From a virus: a stretch of 42,012 bases of DNA. This document shows, one piece after another, positions 24,382-32,503 of this stretch. The notes under the pieces are model-generated. The model made no database searches. It was not told where the DNA came from and was given only the letters and a program-made list of their open reading frames with translations. The translations under genes and the position numbers were made by a program. The stretch is taken from positions 1 to 42,012 of IMG/VR virus record IMGVR_UViG_3300031539_000101. One strand, 5' to 3'. Within the stretch, counting starts at the first letter, position 1. Every line of letters begins with the position of its first letter.

Positions 24382-26088
24382 CTAGTCAGGTTGCATCACG
24401 GATTCCCCCTCATCTATCCCCTTGCTTGCTTCCTTGAACGCTATCACATACGTCTCTGCCAACAGCTTCACAACGTCATTGATAGGCATGCTCTTCGCTT
24501 CGGCTATCGCCTCAATCGCCTGTTGGAGATCCTGAAGCGCCGCGCCAACCGCCTTCGCTTCCGGCTCCTCACCTTCCGGGAATAGCTTCTCGATGATCTC
24601 TTCGATAGATGTCTCGCCCAAGACTCTCAACAGCCGCTCGGTTGTGTACTTTGCATCCAGTGTCCCCGCCAACGGATTACCATCCAGCGTAGCGGCTGAC
24701 ACGATAGCGTCAATCTGCGCCTTCTGATCGTCTTCCACCAACGGCGGGAAGTCAATGTTTATCGACACGTCAATGGGCTCCGCAGCCAAGTCGGGATCTT
24801 CATTCTCGGCATCGTCTGCGTAGATGAACGCTGGCTCTTTCCACGCGTCGTCTTCCCACACGCCGGTTAGATCGCCTTTGATGTATGGATTGTCGCTCTC
24901 GTATCCAACCTCTGCCTTGCACTGAATGACATACGCCAGGATGGTCTCGAAGACAATCTCCCACAATCGCTGCCGCAACGAGAAGGCCAGCTCAGTAGGC
25001 CGATTCAACGAGCGTGCGGTCGCCAGTGTGCCAACAGACGCATCGCCAAAGAACGTCTCAGGCAATCCCGTGGCTGCGCATACCATGAGAAGCAACCGCC
25101 GCCCGTCGTCCGCGCTAGTCGTCGCCCCGGATGTGTGAATCGGAGCCATCTTCGTGCCTTCATCGTGGATGAATACCGACGCCGTTGCCGGTGCAGGCTG
25201 ATACTGATCGTTCGAGATATTGGAATCCAACTTCGTCTTGGCCGCAAGTCGTCCTGCCGATCCTGTCTTCTTCACCATATCCCAGGCGAAGCGAGCATAC
25301 GATCGCACGATGGTTGCCCAGTCTGATAGGAACTTGTTGTATGCCCTCGCCCAGTCCTGAGCGGCATACAGTTCACTTGTACCGAACTTCTGATTCAGTA
25401 CCACGTTCGTCTTGACGTGATAGATTGGAGTGTCCCAGTTCACCTTACACTTGCCATACTTGCCGGTGAATTCTGCTGGTTTATCGCTCGGATTGTAGTC
25501 AATGTCAGGGTAATACTCTTTACGCATGGTCTGGAATCGTCCACTGCTATCGCGTGTCTGTGTCCACTGCCGAAGGTACAGCCACGACTCTGCCCGATCC
25601 TCTGGGTTCGATTCAACGTCCCATATCTCGTCAAATGGAATCAGGCTGACACGAACATCGCCCTCCCCGTTCTTGAAGAATGCAACGAAGAGATTGGCGT
25701 CAATCCGCAAGTCCGTCTCAGCCTTGACCATCGCCGGAACGGACGTGAGCCGTTGCTTGTTCTTTTTGTCAATGAGGAATGACTGAACCACCTCGTCAAC
25801 GAGTGGATGAGCAGCCTTGATGGTGACACCCTGCCCAAACACATAGTTGGATTGCGTATCTGTCGCCCGCTTGATGAGCGGATTCTTCATGTAGAAGAGG
25901 AAGGATTCCTTGCAGATGGTACGCAAGCCCTCTCGGGTGAACTCTTTGGCGTCTGCGCCCGAGCCCGACAGCCGATGCCAGTTAACGTCTTCGAGTTCTA
26001 GTTCCAGCTCGATGATACGTTCCTGGAAATTCGCACGATCAACGCGCATCTGTTCGGCCAGCGTCTCGACCGTTATTCCCCCAGACAT
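24382..26088 (-). CDS. Portal protein
   Basis: 568 aa from MSGGITVETL (AAGGAGA SD 6 nt upstream). Size, acidic C-terminus and position upstream of the MuF-like gene all fit a portal. Confidence 0.75.
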   Translation of the reverse strand: MSGGITVETLAEQMRVDRANFQERIIELELELEDVNWHRLSGSGADAKEFTREGLRTICKESFLFYMKNPLIKRATDTQSNYVFGQGVTIKAAHPLVDEVVQSFLIDKKNKQRLTSVPAMVKAETDLRIDANLFVAFFKNGEGDVRVSLIPFDEIWDVESNPEDRAESWLYLRQWTQTRDSSGRFQTMRKEYYPDIDYNPSDKPAEFTGKYGKCKVNWDTPIYHVKTNVVLNQKFGTSELYAAQDWARAYNKFLSDWATIVRSYARFAWDMVKKTGSAGRLAAKTKLDSNISNDQYQPAPATASVFIHDEGTKMAPIHTSGATTSADDGRRLLLMVCAATGLPETFFGDASVGTLATARSLNRPTELAFSLRQRLWEIVFETILAYVIQCKAEVGYESDNPYIKGDLTGVWEDDAWKEPAFIYADDAENEDPDLAAEPIDVSINIDFPPLVEDDQKAQIDAIVSAATLDGNPLAGTLDAKYTTERLLRVLGETSIEEIIEKLFPEGEEPEAKAVGAALQDLQQAIEAIAEAKSMPINDVVKLLAETYVIAFKEASKGIDEGESVMQPD

Positions 26089-26130
26089 ACTATTCTCCTT
26101 GGTGATATTCATAACACATATCACGCTCGT

Positions 26131-26436
26131 CTACAAGCTCGACGCCTTAGCTAGCCTCTTCGCTCGCCACGCCTCTCTAATCTTTGCTTTGAGCTGTTCG
26201 CCTTCTCGTTGCTCATCACGAAACTTCTTTGTCTCTCGAATCTGTTGGATCTCCGCAGCATTGATTCCAAATATCGCAGCCTGGAGATGTGCGCTTGATC
26301 CATGCTTCTCTTCCAGTTCCTTGGCACGCCATCGCTTGATGAATGCGGTTGTCTTGTTTCCTGGCTTAGGCTCCTCGCGGTCGAATGCTTCGATCATCTC
26401 GGCAAGCACCTTGATCTCATAGTACGACTGTCTCAT
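26131..26436 (-). CDS. Hypothetical protein (Lys/Glu-rich)
   Basis: 101 aa. The GGGAGG SD lies inside junction-repeat copy 26443..26464. Confidence 0.65.
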   Translation of the reverse strand: MRQSYYEIKVLAEMIEAFDREEPKPGNKTTAFIKRWRAKELEEKHGSSAHLQAAIFGINAAEIQQIRETKKFRDEQREGEQLKAKIREAWRAKRLAKASSL

Positions 26437-26442
26437 TGGCTA

Positions 26443-26464
26443 CCTCCCATGGCAACGCTTGAAT
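26443..26464. repeat. 22-bp exact junction repeat, intergenic copy (partner 26777..26798)
   Basis: cctcccatggcaacgcttgaat. The minus strand reads ..FKRCHGR stop, a non-coding remnant of the SEC-C gene C-terminus plus its GGGAGG SD. Confidence 0.9.
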
Positions 26465-26766
26465 CAAACATCCTTATCGTCAACCCAGTAGTACGTTCGC
26501 CCATCAACTTCAGGCAGCAAGATGCATTGAGACGTCACGATAACATCACCATTCTCATCGCGGAGAGTGAACGCCACATGCACTTCCAGCGAATCCCCGT
26601 TGTACATGAACTGAGCGAAGCTATCCTTAATGAGTCCGTGCCGTATTCCGCCAGCGTCTTCAAGCGCTATCTCCAAAACGGATGCGTCATGATCTCTCGA
26701 CGCTGTATATGTTGTCGCTTGATATAGGTCGTGCTTGCGCAAACGCTTAAGCTTTCCTGTATACAT
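26464..26766 (-). CDS. Hypothetical protein (cassette flanked by the 22-bp repeat)
   Basis: 100 aa from MYTGKLKRLRKHDLYQ. The SD GGGAGG is supplied by repeat copy 26777..26798. Confidence 0.65.
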   Translation of the reverse strand: MYTGKLKRLRKHDLYQATTYTASRDHDASVLEIALEDAGGIRHGLIKDSFAQFMYNGDSLEVHVAFTLRDENGDVIVTSQCILLPEVDGRTYYWVDDKDV

Positions 26767-26770
26767 GCTC

Positions 26771-27076
26771 TCATTGCCTCCCATGGCAACGCTTGAATTT
26801 AACCGGCGTCCCGTCTTCTTTCATCTTCCCGCACGGGCATGGATCGTTCCGCCCGATATCCAGCCCGCCTCGGTACTGTTTGGCGTGGCAGAACTTGCCC
26901 ATCGTCCCAGACTGGATCCTGCGCACAAGACGCTTGGATAGGCCGGGTTTCTTCTTCTGCATCGTCAGTCGGTTGCTTCCTGGGCGGCTACTCATCAGTA
27001 CCATCCTCTCGTGCGCTTCGTCCATCTTGCGGCTGAATTCTGTCGTGTCTACGAACAGAGACACTTCCGCTGACAT
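26771..27076 (-). CDS. SEC-C metal-binding motif protein
   Basis: 101 aa from MSAEVSLFVD (GGAGGGATC SD). The C-terminal GRNDPCPCGKMKEDGTPVKFKRCHG matches the SecA C-terminal Zn motif (DPCPCGSGKKYKKCHG). Confidence 0.7.
   Translation of the reverse strand: MSAEVSLFVDTTEFSRKMDEAHERMVLMSSRPGSNRLTMQKKKPGLSKRLVRRIQSGTMGKFCHAKQYRGGLDIGRNDPCPCGKMKEDGTPVKFKRCHGRQ
26777..26798. repeat. 22-bp exact junction repeat, coding copy (3' end of the SEC-C gene)
   Basis: Identical to 26443..26464. Confidence 0.9.
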
Positions 27077-27086
27077 CAGATCCCTC

Positions 27087-27464
27087 CTATCCCAAGGTTC
27101 CTGGGAACCGGCCATCAACTAAGTTCGTCTCCTCATCAGGCACCTTCTCAGCATCGAACGCCGCCTGTAGCCCATACGCCGATGGATTCTTTGGAGAGTA
27201 ATCGTGCCTGTACTCAGGGTCTAGCCGCGCCCGTAATTCCGGCCCCATAATGCACTCAATGGGAAGCAAACCATTCTCCGTTTTTCCGACCCATTTACCA
27301 GTAATGTGGCTCAGGTAGAACACCGAATGCAGCGTACCGTTAGGCCAGAAGACAGCCTTGCGAATCTTGTACGTGAGGCCGTCGTCCTTCAATGGATCGT
27401 AATCACCCTCCATGACCGGAAGGCCCGTTTTCGTTTGTATCGCCAGGTCAATCTCAACTCTCAT
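27087..27464 (-). CDS. Hypothetical protein
   Basis: 125 aa; GAGGAGGTAGCGG SD. Confidence 0.65.
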   Translation of the reverse strand: MRVEIDLAIQTKTGLPVMEGDYDPLKDDGLTYKIRKAVFWPNGTLHSVFYLSHITGKWVGKTENGLLPIECIMGPELRARLDPEYRHDYSPKNPSAYGLQAAFDAEKVPDEETNLVDGRFPGTLG

Positions 27465-27475
27465 CCGCTACCTCC

Positions 27476-27712
27476 TCATGCCCCACGGCAGTCTTTAATA
27501 ATTATGCATGGTTCACCCGCTAAGAAGAGTTCACCACACGCAGAGGATTCACTATCGATCCATGCCATCCTCCCCTCCTCGCCACAATCATCTGCAGCTA
27601 ACGTTCGGGCCTGGTTTTCTGTCTCTGCCCTGACAACGAAACCGAACACCTTGTCGAACCAATCATCCCATATCGCGTGTCCTTCAATCGGCCTTAGTAT
27701 CCACAGTTTCAT
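27476..27712 (-). CDS. Hypothetical protein (MKLWILRP... family)
   Basis: 78 aa from MKLWILRPIEGHAIWDDWFDKVFGFVVRAETENQAR; GAGGAGGGAAGAG SD. The upstream extension in the track has no SD. Confidence 0.65.
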   Translation of the reverse strand: MKLWILRPIEGHAIWDDWFDKVFGFVVRAETENQARTLAADDCGEEGRMAWIDSESSACGELFLAGEPCIIIKDCRGA

Positions 27713-27881
27713 CTCTTCCCTCCTCGCCCTTCCATATCTGCGCCCACTGCCCCATCTCAGACACCGCAACCATCCGCAACTGAAACGCTATCCCATCATC
27801 AGCGGTAAACGGACCACGGATGAATAGCAGCATCTTGCCGTCTGCGGACGTTACCTTAGCGTCGAACTGGGGCTGGGGCAT
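27684..27881 (-). CDS. Hypothetical protein
   Basis: 65 aa from MPQPQFDAKV (GAGG SD); the alternative start is at 27905. It overlaps both neighbours by 26-29 nt. Without it a 143-nt gap would remain. Confidence 0.45.
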   Translation of the reverse strand: MPQPQFDAKVTSADGKMLLFIRGPFTADDGIAFQLRMVAVSEMGQWAQIWKGEEGRDETVDTKAD

Positions 27882-28122
27882 CTTGCGCCTCAAATCTTGT
27901 TTCATCGGTCATCTTCCCGCAATCGTCATAGCTGATTGTAGCTACCCATTTTGAGGTGTCTCCTATTTCTAACTCAAGCAACTCAAGCCATTCATTAGAG
28001 TTAAAGTGTTCCGTATTCATCCACTCTGCTCTCGCATCTTCGATAGACGTAAACAATCCAATCGGTTGCATTCCTTCATACGGCACTCCACATAACGCGA
28101 AATATAGCGTCCTTGTCGCCAT
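27856..28122 (-). CDS. Hypothetical protein
   Basis: 88 aa from MATRTLYFALCG. The SD GAGGAGGCGTG lies inside repeat copy 28126..28172. Confidence 0.65.
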   Translation of the reverse strand: MATRTLYFALCGVPYEGMQPIGLFTSIEDARAEWMNTEHFNSNEWLELLELEIGDTSKWVATISYDDCGKMTDETRFEAQDAPAPVRR

Positions 28123-28125
28123 CAC

Positions 28126-28172
28126 GCCTCCTCAGTACTTGCTTATATCCTCGCCCATATCAACCGTCACGC
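28126..28172. repeat. Junction repeat, downstream copy: degenerate remnant of the TerL 3' end (partner 28459..28508)
   Basis: gcctcctcagtacttgcttatatcctcgc matches 28459..28487 at 28/29 positions. The minus strand reads VTVDMGEDISKY stop, against the TerL end MGVDLSEDISKY stop. Confidence 0.85.
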
Positions 28173-28454
28173 ATCCCTGTCTCTCTCTGCGATCATCGCG
28201 TCGGCTTCCTCATAACGCAGGGCAGCCCGCACCTTCAATGCTTGTACAATAGTGGCCTCTTCCCCGAACATCTTTTCAGCTGCCGTCAACGCCGCGTCTA
28301 AAGGAATACCAGAATGACCTGCGAACCAGTCGCGTAGAGACATGCCTCCCTCAGCCTTATACTCGCCTCTCATGTATAGATGCTTCCCATCAGAATCATC
28401 CAGGTCGCTCCAGTCTCCTTCTATCCGTGGAAACGCAGGTCCTCCGTCTTTCAT
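28167..28454 (-). CDS. Hypothetical protein, GMSLRDWFAG family (paralog of 31469..31729)
   Basis: 95 aa. MKDGGPAFP...GGMSLRDWFAG...ADAMIAERD parallels MNKDGGLAF...SGMSLRDWFAG...TDAMLAERD. AAGGAGG-type SD. Confidence 0.75.
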   Translation of the reverse strand: MKDGGPAFPRIEGDWSDLDDSDGKHLYMRGEYKAEGGMSLRDWFAGHSGIPLDAALTAAEKMFGEEATIVQALKVRAALRYEEADAMIAERDRDA

Positions 28455-28458
28455 CCTT

Positions 28459-28508
28459 GCCTCCTTAGTACTTGCTTATATCCTCGCTCAGGTCAACACC
28501 CATCACGC
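28459..28508. repeat. Junction repeat, coding copy (TerL 3' end plus the SD of the following gene)
   Basis: See 28126..28172. Confidence 0.85.
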
Positions 28509-29736
28509 CGCGTTCCTCCAACGGTGCGCCCTCAAGCGTGTGTCCAACGTATCGAGCGCAGTCGGGCAAATGATCATCCTTCTTGATCGGGTTCTCTACG
28601 TCAACAATCTTGCCCGTTGCCGGGTCGGTCGGCCATCGGTATTTCGCCATCATGTCGTTGAACACTGGCGCACGTCCTCGCATCACCTTGAATCGTCCAG
28701 ACTTGATGAGTCCGGTTAGCGTGATTATACCAGGTCGGACTGCATTTTGCGCCTTGTAGAATGGACCGCATCCCTCATCAGCTAGATTCACAACGTCAGT
28801 CAGCCGCGCCGGGTCATAGATCCATCCTTGATTGACACCCTCAACCTTCTCAAGCATCGCCGCCGCATACTCACGAGCGGACAACACCTGCTCTTCGTAG
28901 TACTCGTTGTAGACGTAGTAGACGCCACGATTCCAGGCAATCATCAGCGCGCCATACTGCACCGCCGGATCCACCCCGACATACGTGGGCCAGTCGCCTG
29001 GGATGTCAAACGGATCGACGTAGCAGCTATCGTCAAAGTCTGGATAGACAAGCCCGAACGGCTTCCTGAACTTGCCAAGGTAGGTCATCTCGAACATCCA
29101 TGCTGGAAGCGTTCGCCTTGCTCGTTCCATCTCATCTGCCGGATAGGACGGATTAGCTGTTGACGGTGCTTCGATCACTACGATGTCCTTGTCGCCCTTC
29201 GTCCAAGGCACGTACAGACTCTCATAGTACCAGCCCATGTTCGTCGGGTAACCGGTAAACAGAACAGGCGCTTTGTAGTATGCAGTCCGCCGCATGATGA
29301 TTGGCCAGATGGTTGCCTTCATCTCACTAGGCTCATCCAGTGTCGCGCCTCTCACGTGGTGGCCCTCAATGCGGAAAGGCTTCTCAGCAGATCGTAGGTA
29401 GATGTTCCCGCCTGTTGGCAACTCGTAACGCCGCCCGCTGATGTGATAGTGGCCTTCAAGGTAAGTGTCGCTGAACCGCTCGACGATCTCAGGGAGCACC
29501 ATGTCGTTCACCATGTCGCCCGTGCATCCGATTGCAAGGTATCGCGCACCTTCACCGTTGCCCGCTGCCTCATCCCGTGCAATGAGATAGGCCAGCCAGG
29601 AAGGTATCCACCATGTCTTGCCGGCGCCAGTTCCGCAGAGCATGATGATGTAGCGAATGGCGTTGTCTACGGCGTCAAGAGTCTCCTCTTGGAACCAGTA
29701 GGGAGTGACGATCTTCTCAGGCGCTTCGGTTGGCAT
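28465..29736 (-). CDS. terL: Terminase large subunit
   Basis: 423 aa. Walker A MLCGTGAGKTWW lies near the N-terminus, with acidic nuclease-half motifs (VGVDPA...; KKDDHLPDCARY). It is downstream of TerS. Confidence 0.85.
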   Translation of the reverse strand: MPTEAPEKIVTPYWFQEETLDAVDNAIRYIIMLCGTGAGKTWWIPSWLAYLIARDEAAGNGEGARYLAIGCTGDMVNDMVLPEIVERFSDTYLEGHYHISGRRYELPTGGNIYLRSAEKPFRIEGHHVRGATLDEPSEMKATIWPIIMRRTAYYKAPVLFTGYPTNMGWYYESLYVPWTKGDKDIVVIEAPSTANPSYPADEMERARRTLPAWMFEMTYLGKFRKPFGLVYPDFDDSCYVDPFDIPGDWPTYVGVDPAVQYGALMIAWNRGVYYVYNEYYEEQVLSAREYAAAMLEKVEGVNQGWIYDPARLTDVVNLADEGCGPFYKAQNAVRPGIITLTGLIKSGRFKVMRGRAPVFNDMMAKYRWPTDPATGKIVDVENPIKKDDHLPDCARYVGHTLEGAPLEERGVMGVDLSEDISKY

Positions 29737-29896
29737 CTATCGTTGCATCCTCTACCATGATGGTGACGACAATGGACCTCCCGGGGAATTCTTCTGCCGG
29801 ACTAGCCACTGTAGCCATCGCTTCAAGAAGAATCCTTATGATATAATCGTCGTAGACTGCCTTGTGAACCGACCTCTCAATCGTTGCCTTTATCAT
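29717..29896 (-). CDS. Hypothetical small protein
   Basis: 59 aa from MIKATIERSV; GAGGAGGAATTG SD. It overlaps the TerL start by 20 nt. Confidence 0.5.
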   Translation of the reverse strand: MIKATIERSVHKAVYDDYIIRILLEAMATVASPAEEFPGRSIVVTIMVEDATIDANRSA

Positions 29897-29968
29897 CAAT
29901 TCCTCCTCAGTACTCTACAGTGGAGCGACTAGCATTTTCTCGCAAGAATAGGGCACTCTGGAAAAAGG

Positions 29969-30175
29969 TCATCCGTCAGACAGTAGATCGCTGACGGTAG
30001 CACATTTCCTCTCATCCTCTTCTGATGATGCTTCTACCCAAGACCACGCATACTCAAACGCCTCCCTCACCGGCTCCAGCTTCGCGGCGATGATAGCATC
30101 CATCTCTGACTTAGTAGCCATCGCCCCTTCGTTCCTAAGCGCCTCTCGAATCTCACGCGCCAGTTTCATCCTCAT
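29969..30175 (-). CDS. Hypothetical small protein
   Basis: 66-68 aa; AAGGAGG SD. Confidence 0.6.
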   Translation of the reverse strand: MRMKLAREIREALRNEGAMATKSEMDAIIAAKLEPVREAFEYAWSWVEASSEEDERKCATVSDLLSDG

Positions 30176-30347
30176 CCTCCTTGCCTGCTCTGTCCTCTAC
30201 GATCAAGCACACGTCCGAATCGAATCTCAAACTCGGATGCACTAAGCGCATTGCACCCTCCATCTTCTTTGCCAGCGCGTCGATGTCCTCATACTTCGCA
30301 AGCTGAAGTCCGTGAACCTCAAACGTTCCGCCGAAGTAGACAATCAT
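30153..30347 (-). CDS. Hypothetical small protein
   Basis: 64 aa; ATGA overlap with the upstream gene. Confidence 0.6.
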   Translation of the reverse strand: MIVYFGGTFEVHGLQLAKYEDIDALAKKMEGAMRLVHPSLRFDSDVCLIVEDRAGKEDEDETGA

Positions 30348-30577
30348 CCGAGTTCCTTGAATCTTGCCAGCAACTCAGACGAATCGATCGGGGGCGATAT
30401 CATGCTGCGTAGCGTCTTCCCGATCATCGCGCCGCTAATACCACGCCGTGTAAGTTCTGCTATGTCTGAGAAGAGATAGAGCAGCTCGTCAAAAGTGATT
30501 GCGCCGTGACGCACACACTCAAACATTAGTTGTCCAATCTGCTTCTTCGCTTGCTCTTCACCCGCTAACAGCTCCAT
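30344..30577 (-). CDS. Hypothetical small protein
   Basis: 77 aa; GAGGGAGAGG SD. It overlaps the TerS 3' end by 20 nt. Confidence 0.6.
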   Translation of the reverse strand: MELLAGEEQAKKQIGQLMFECVRHGAITFDELLYLFSDIAELTRRGISGAMIGKTLRSMISPPIDSSELLARFKELG

Positions 30578-30974
30578 CCTCTCCCTCCTTGCTCTTCCTT
30601 ACGATCACCAACGGGCCTTTCACTGTCAGGTTGCCCTCGAACCGATCAACGAACATCCCAAGGTGCTTGCCTAGCAGCTCTGTGACGCGCACAGCGGACG
30701 ATGGGTTGGCTAATCGACGGGCAAACTCACGGTCCTCTTCTAGTTGCTTGAGGATCTTCTCAACGGTTATCTCAGTGCGCCTCTCGATCTTAGCCTGCAA
30801 TTCTGCGACTCTTGTTGCTATCTTGTTGTTCTTGAACAGCGCGTGAGCATTACGATTGATTGTCTCAGGCTTCATGTTGGAAGTGTTGTACGCATGGCGG
30901 TAAGCCTCGCTCTTGTCTCCACATTCGAGATACTTCAGACACGCGGATTCCTGTTTCGCTGTTAGTCCTGCCAT
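30558..30974 (-). CDS. terS: Terminase small subunit (Terminase_2/P27-like)
   Basis: 138 aa. LTAKQESACLKYLECGDKSEAYRHAYNTSNMKPETINRNAHALFKNNKIATRVAELQ matches the usual TerS N-terminal HTH pattern (LTxKQxxFxxxYxxxGNxxxAxxxAGY...A..LLxNxxI). Confidence 0.8.
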   Translation of the reverse strand: MAGLTAKQESACLKYLECGDKSEAYRHAYNTSNMKPETINRNAHALFKNNKIATRVAELQAKIERRTEITVEKILKQLEEDREFARRLANPSSAVRVTELLGKHLGMFVDRFEGNLTVKGPLVIVRKSKEGEDGAVSG

Positions 30975-31024
30975 GCTATCACCTGTCCATCATATCACGA
31001 TTCGCATTCACGATCTGCCGCCCC

Positions 31025-31053
31025 ATTATACCTCATCCCTCATCTAGGATGAA
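31025..31053 (-). promoter_or_regulatory. Weak candidate promoter upstream of terS
   Basis: The minus strand has a perfect TATAAT (31025..31030), but the -35 at 17-nt spacing is poor (TTCATC). tcacgat is repeated at 30995 and 31008 between the -10 and the terS ATG. Confidence 0.25.
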
Positions 31054-31250
31054 GTTTCAGCCTTCAACGAGCCGCCACATATCTGCCCGGTTATGGATTT
31101 CTCAGCGCACTTGCGGCACGCATTCGCGCTACCCCCTTTCAGTTCTCCGTCGCCCTTTTGAATGGTCAGCGTAGCGCCCCTAAGCTCAATGCGTCCTGAG
31201 AAGACGATTACGTAAGGCCCGTATTCCTTGCCGCACACATCACACGTCAT
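31044..31250 (-). CDS. Small Zn-ribbon protein
   Basis: 68 aa with CDVCG...CRKC. Confidence 0.6.
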   Translation of the reverse strand: MTCDVCGKEYGPYVIVFSGRIELRGATLTIQKGDGELKGGSANACRKCAEKSITGQICGGSLKAETSS

Positions 31251-31488
31251 CAGCCGCCTCCAACTCAGTCACCACCTTCGCATTCTCTCGCGCGTGGATC
31301 TCATCGCACAGTTCAACGACCGATCTCAGCCGCGCCGTGTTGATTCCGATGTCTACCGCCGCCCGTCGTTGCACCTCAGCCGCCTTCAGGTGTGGCTTAA
31401 ACGCCTCGAATGGTAGAAGCAGCGCCTCTAGTCGGGCGATGTACTCCTGTTGGTCTGCTACTTGGACCTCAAGTTCGTTCTTCGTCAT
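31240..31488 (-). CDS. Hypothetical coiled-coil protein
   Basis: 82 aa from MTKNELEVQVADQQEYIARLEAL; AAGGAGG SD. Confidence 0.65.
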   Translation of the reverse strand: MTKNELEVQVADQQEYIARLEALLLPFEAFKPHLKAAEVQRRAAVDIGINTARLRSVVELCDEIHARENAKVVTELEAADDV

Positions 31489-31729
31489 TGTTGGCCTCCT
31501 TGTCTCTCTCTGCCAGCATCGCGTCGGTGATCTCATAGCACATTTGCGCCGCCATTGGCCCGTTAACGGCCAAGTCAGATACCATGTATCCGCTCAATGC
31601 CATGCCCGCAAACCAGTCGCGTAGAGACATGCCAGAATAGGTAACCAGCTCCATCTTTATGTCTCCATTTGCCAACTCCACTTCCTCGTACCGTTGTCCC
31701 GAGAACGCCAGTCCTCCGTCCTTATTCAT
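31469..31729 (-). CDS. Hypothetical protein, GMSLRDWFAG family (paralog of 28167..28454)
   Basis: 86 aa from MNKDGGLAF (AAGGAGG SD); the track begins at a TTG at 31735. Confidence 0.7.
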   Translation of the reverse strand: MNKDGGLAFSGQRYEEVELANGDIKMELVTYSGMSLRDWFAGMALSGYMVSDLAVNGPMAAQMCYEITDAMLAERDKEANNDEERT

Positions 31730-32282
31730 CCTCAACCTCCTTGATTTCTATCGCAGCGTTGCCGCACCACGGGCACCATTGGAACGGGCTGAATTCGTGA
31801 TGAGTCACTATGCCAACTGCCGGTGACCTCTTACCCTCGAATCTTACAGTTGTAACCGATGCCAACCCGCGCGTTATCGCATCAGTCATGCCGCGACATG
31901 AGCATGGTTCGCCTATGAGAGTCTTCTTTCCAAACGCCGTTTTCCCATCCTTCTGCGCCTTGAACATCGCGTCAGTCGCTTCGGCCACGCCGGTGGGTTC
32001 GCATCCGCAATCTTCTTCATCTATCCGCTTGTTCCACGCCTCTACAGCAGCTTCGATAGTCGGGAACCCATACACATTGGCAGGGCATCCGGCACAATGA
32101 ACATACGCACCAAGCCATGCTTGCCTGTCATTCTCGCCCACTTTCCGAACGGCGAACTCAGTTCCTCCACAGAACGGGCAGGCTCTTGGCTCCAATCCAT
32201 CTCTTCGACGGTAGGGATTATCCGTTCTCTCTTGCTCGTTCATCCTCTTCTCTAGCCATTCTCGGTCGCTATGCTCGCCCAT
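31722..32282 (-). CDS. Lar-like (restriction-alleviation family) Zn-ribbon domain fused to a C-terminal CPWCG domain
   Basis: 186 aa from MGEHSDREWLEKR. ACPFCGGTEFAVRKV....YVHCAGCPANVYGFPTIEAAVEAWNKR fits the Lar_restr_allev pattern. The C-terminal roughly 65 aa are paralogous to 32504..32701. Confidence 0.6.
   Translation of the reverse strand: MGEHSDREWLEKRMNEQERTDNPYRRRDGLEPRACPFCGGTEFAVRKVGENDRQAWLGAYVHCAGCPANVYGFPTIEAAVEAWNKRIDEEDCGCEPTGVAEATDAMFKAQKDGKTAFGKKTLIGEPCSCRGMTDAITRGLASVTTVRFEGKRSPAVGIVTHHEFSPFQWCPWCGNAAIEIKEVEDE
31737..31787. repeat. 51-bp repeat (39 bp exact), the 3' end of the Lar-like gene; partner 32513..32563
   Basis: ctccttgatttctatcgcagcgttgccgcaccacgggca is identical in both copies. 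It encodes CPWCGNAAIEIKE. Confidence 0.9.
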
Positions 32283-32298
32283 CCTCAACCCCCCAACC

Positions 32299-32490
32299 TC
32301 AACTCGATTCACGAGTATCGTCTTTCCGCGCCTTCCGCCGCAACCGTCTGCGATATCCGTTCTTGATGTGCCGACGCGCCCCAGCGCCCCAGTGCAGATA
32401 CCCGCAGTGCGGGCAGACGATAGCTCGCAGTACGTCACCGAGTTCGTCCATTGACTCAGCGGCTTCCGTCAAATCGGGCCATTCCTTCAT
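32299..32490 (-). CDS. Small Zn-binding/basic protein
   Basis: 63 aa; CPHCG followed by an Arg/Lys-rich tail. Confidence 0.55.
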   Translation of the reverse strand: MKEWPDLTEAAESMDELGDVLRAIVCPHCGYLHWGAGARRHIKNGYRRRLRRKARKDDTRESS

Positions 32491-32503
32491 CCCTCACCTT
32501 CCT

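Noticed and set aside
29901-29914. 13-bp match (cctcctcagtact) to the TerL-relic repeat at 28128..28140, as a possible third junction copy
   Set aside because: It is too short. It consists largely of the SD complement plus a stop-codon context, and the similarity does not extend on either side.
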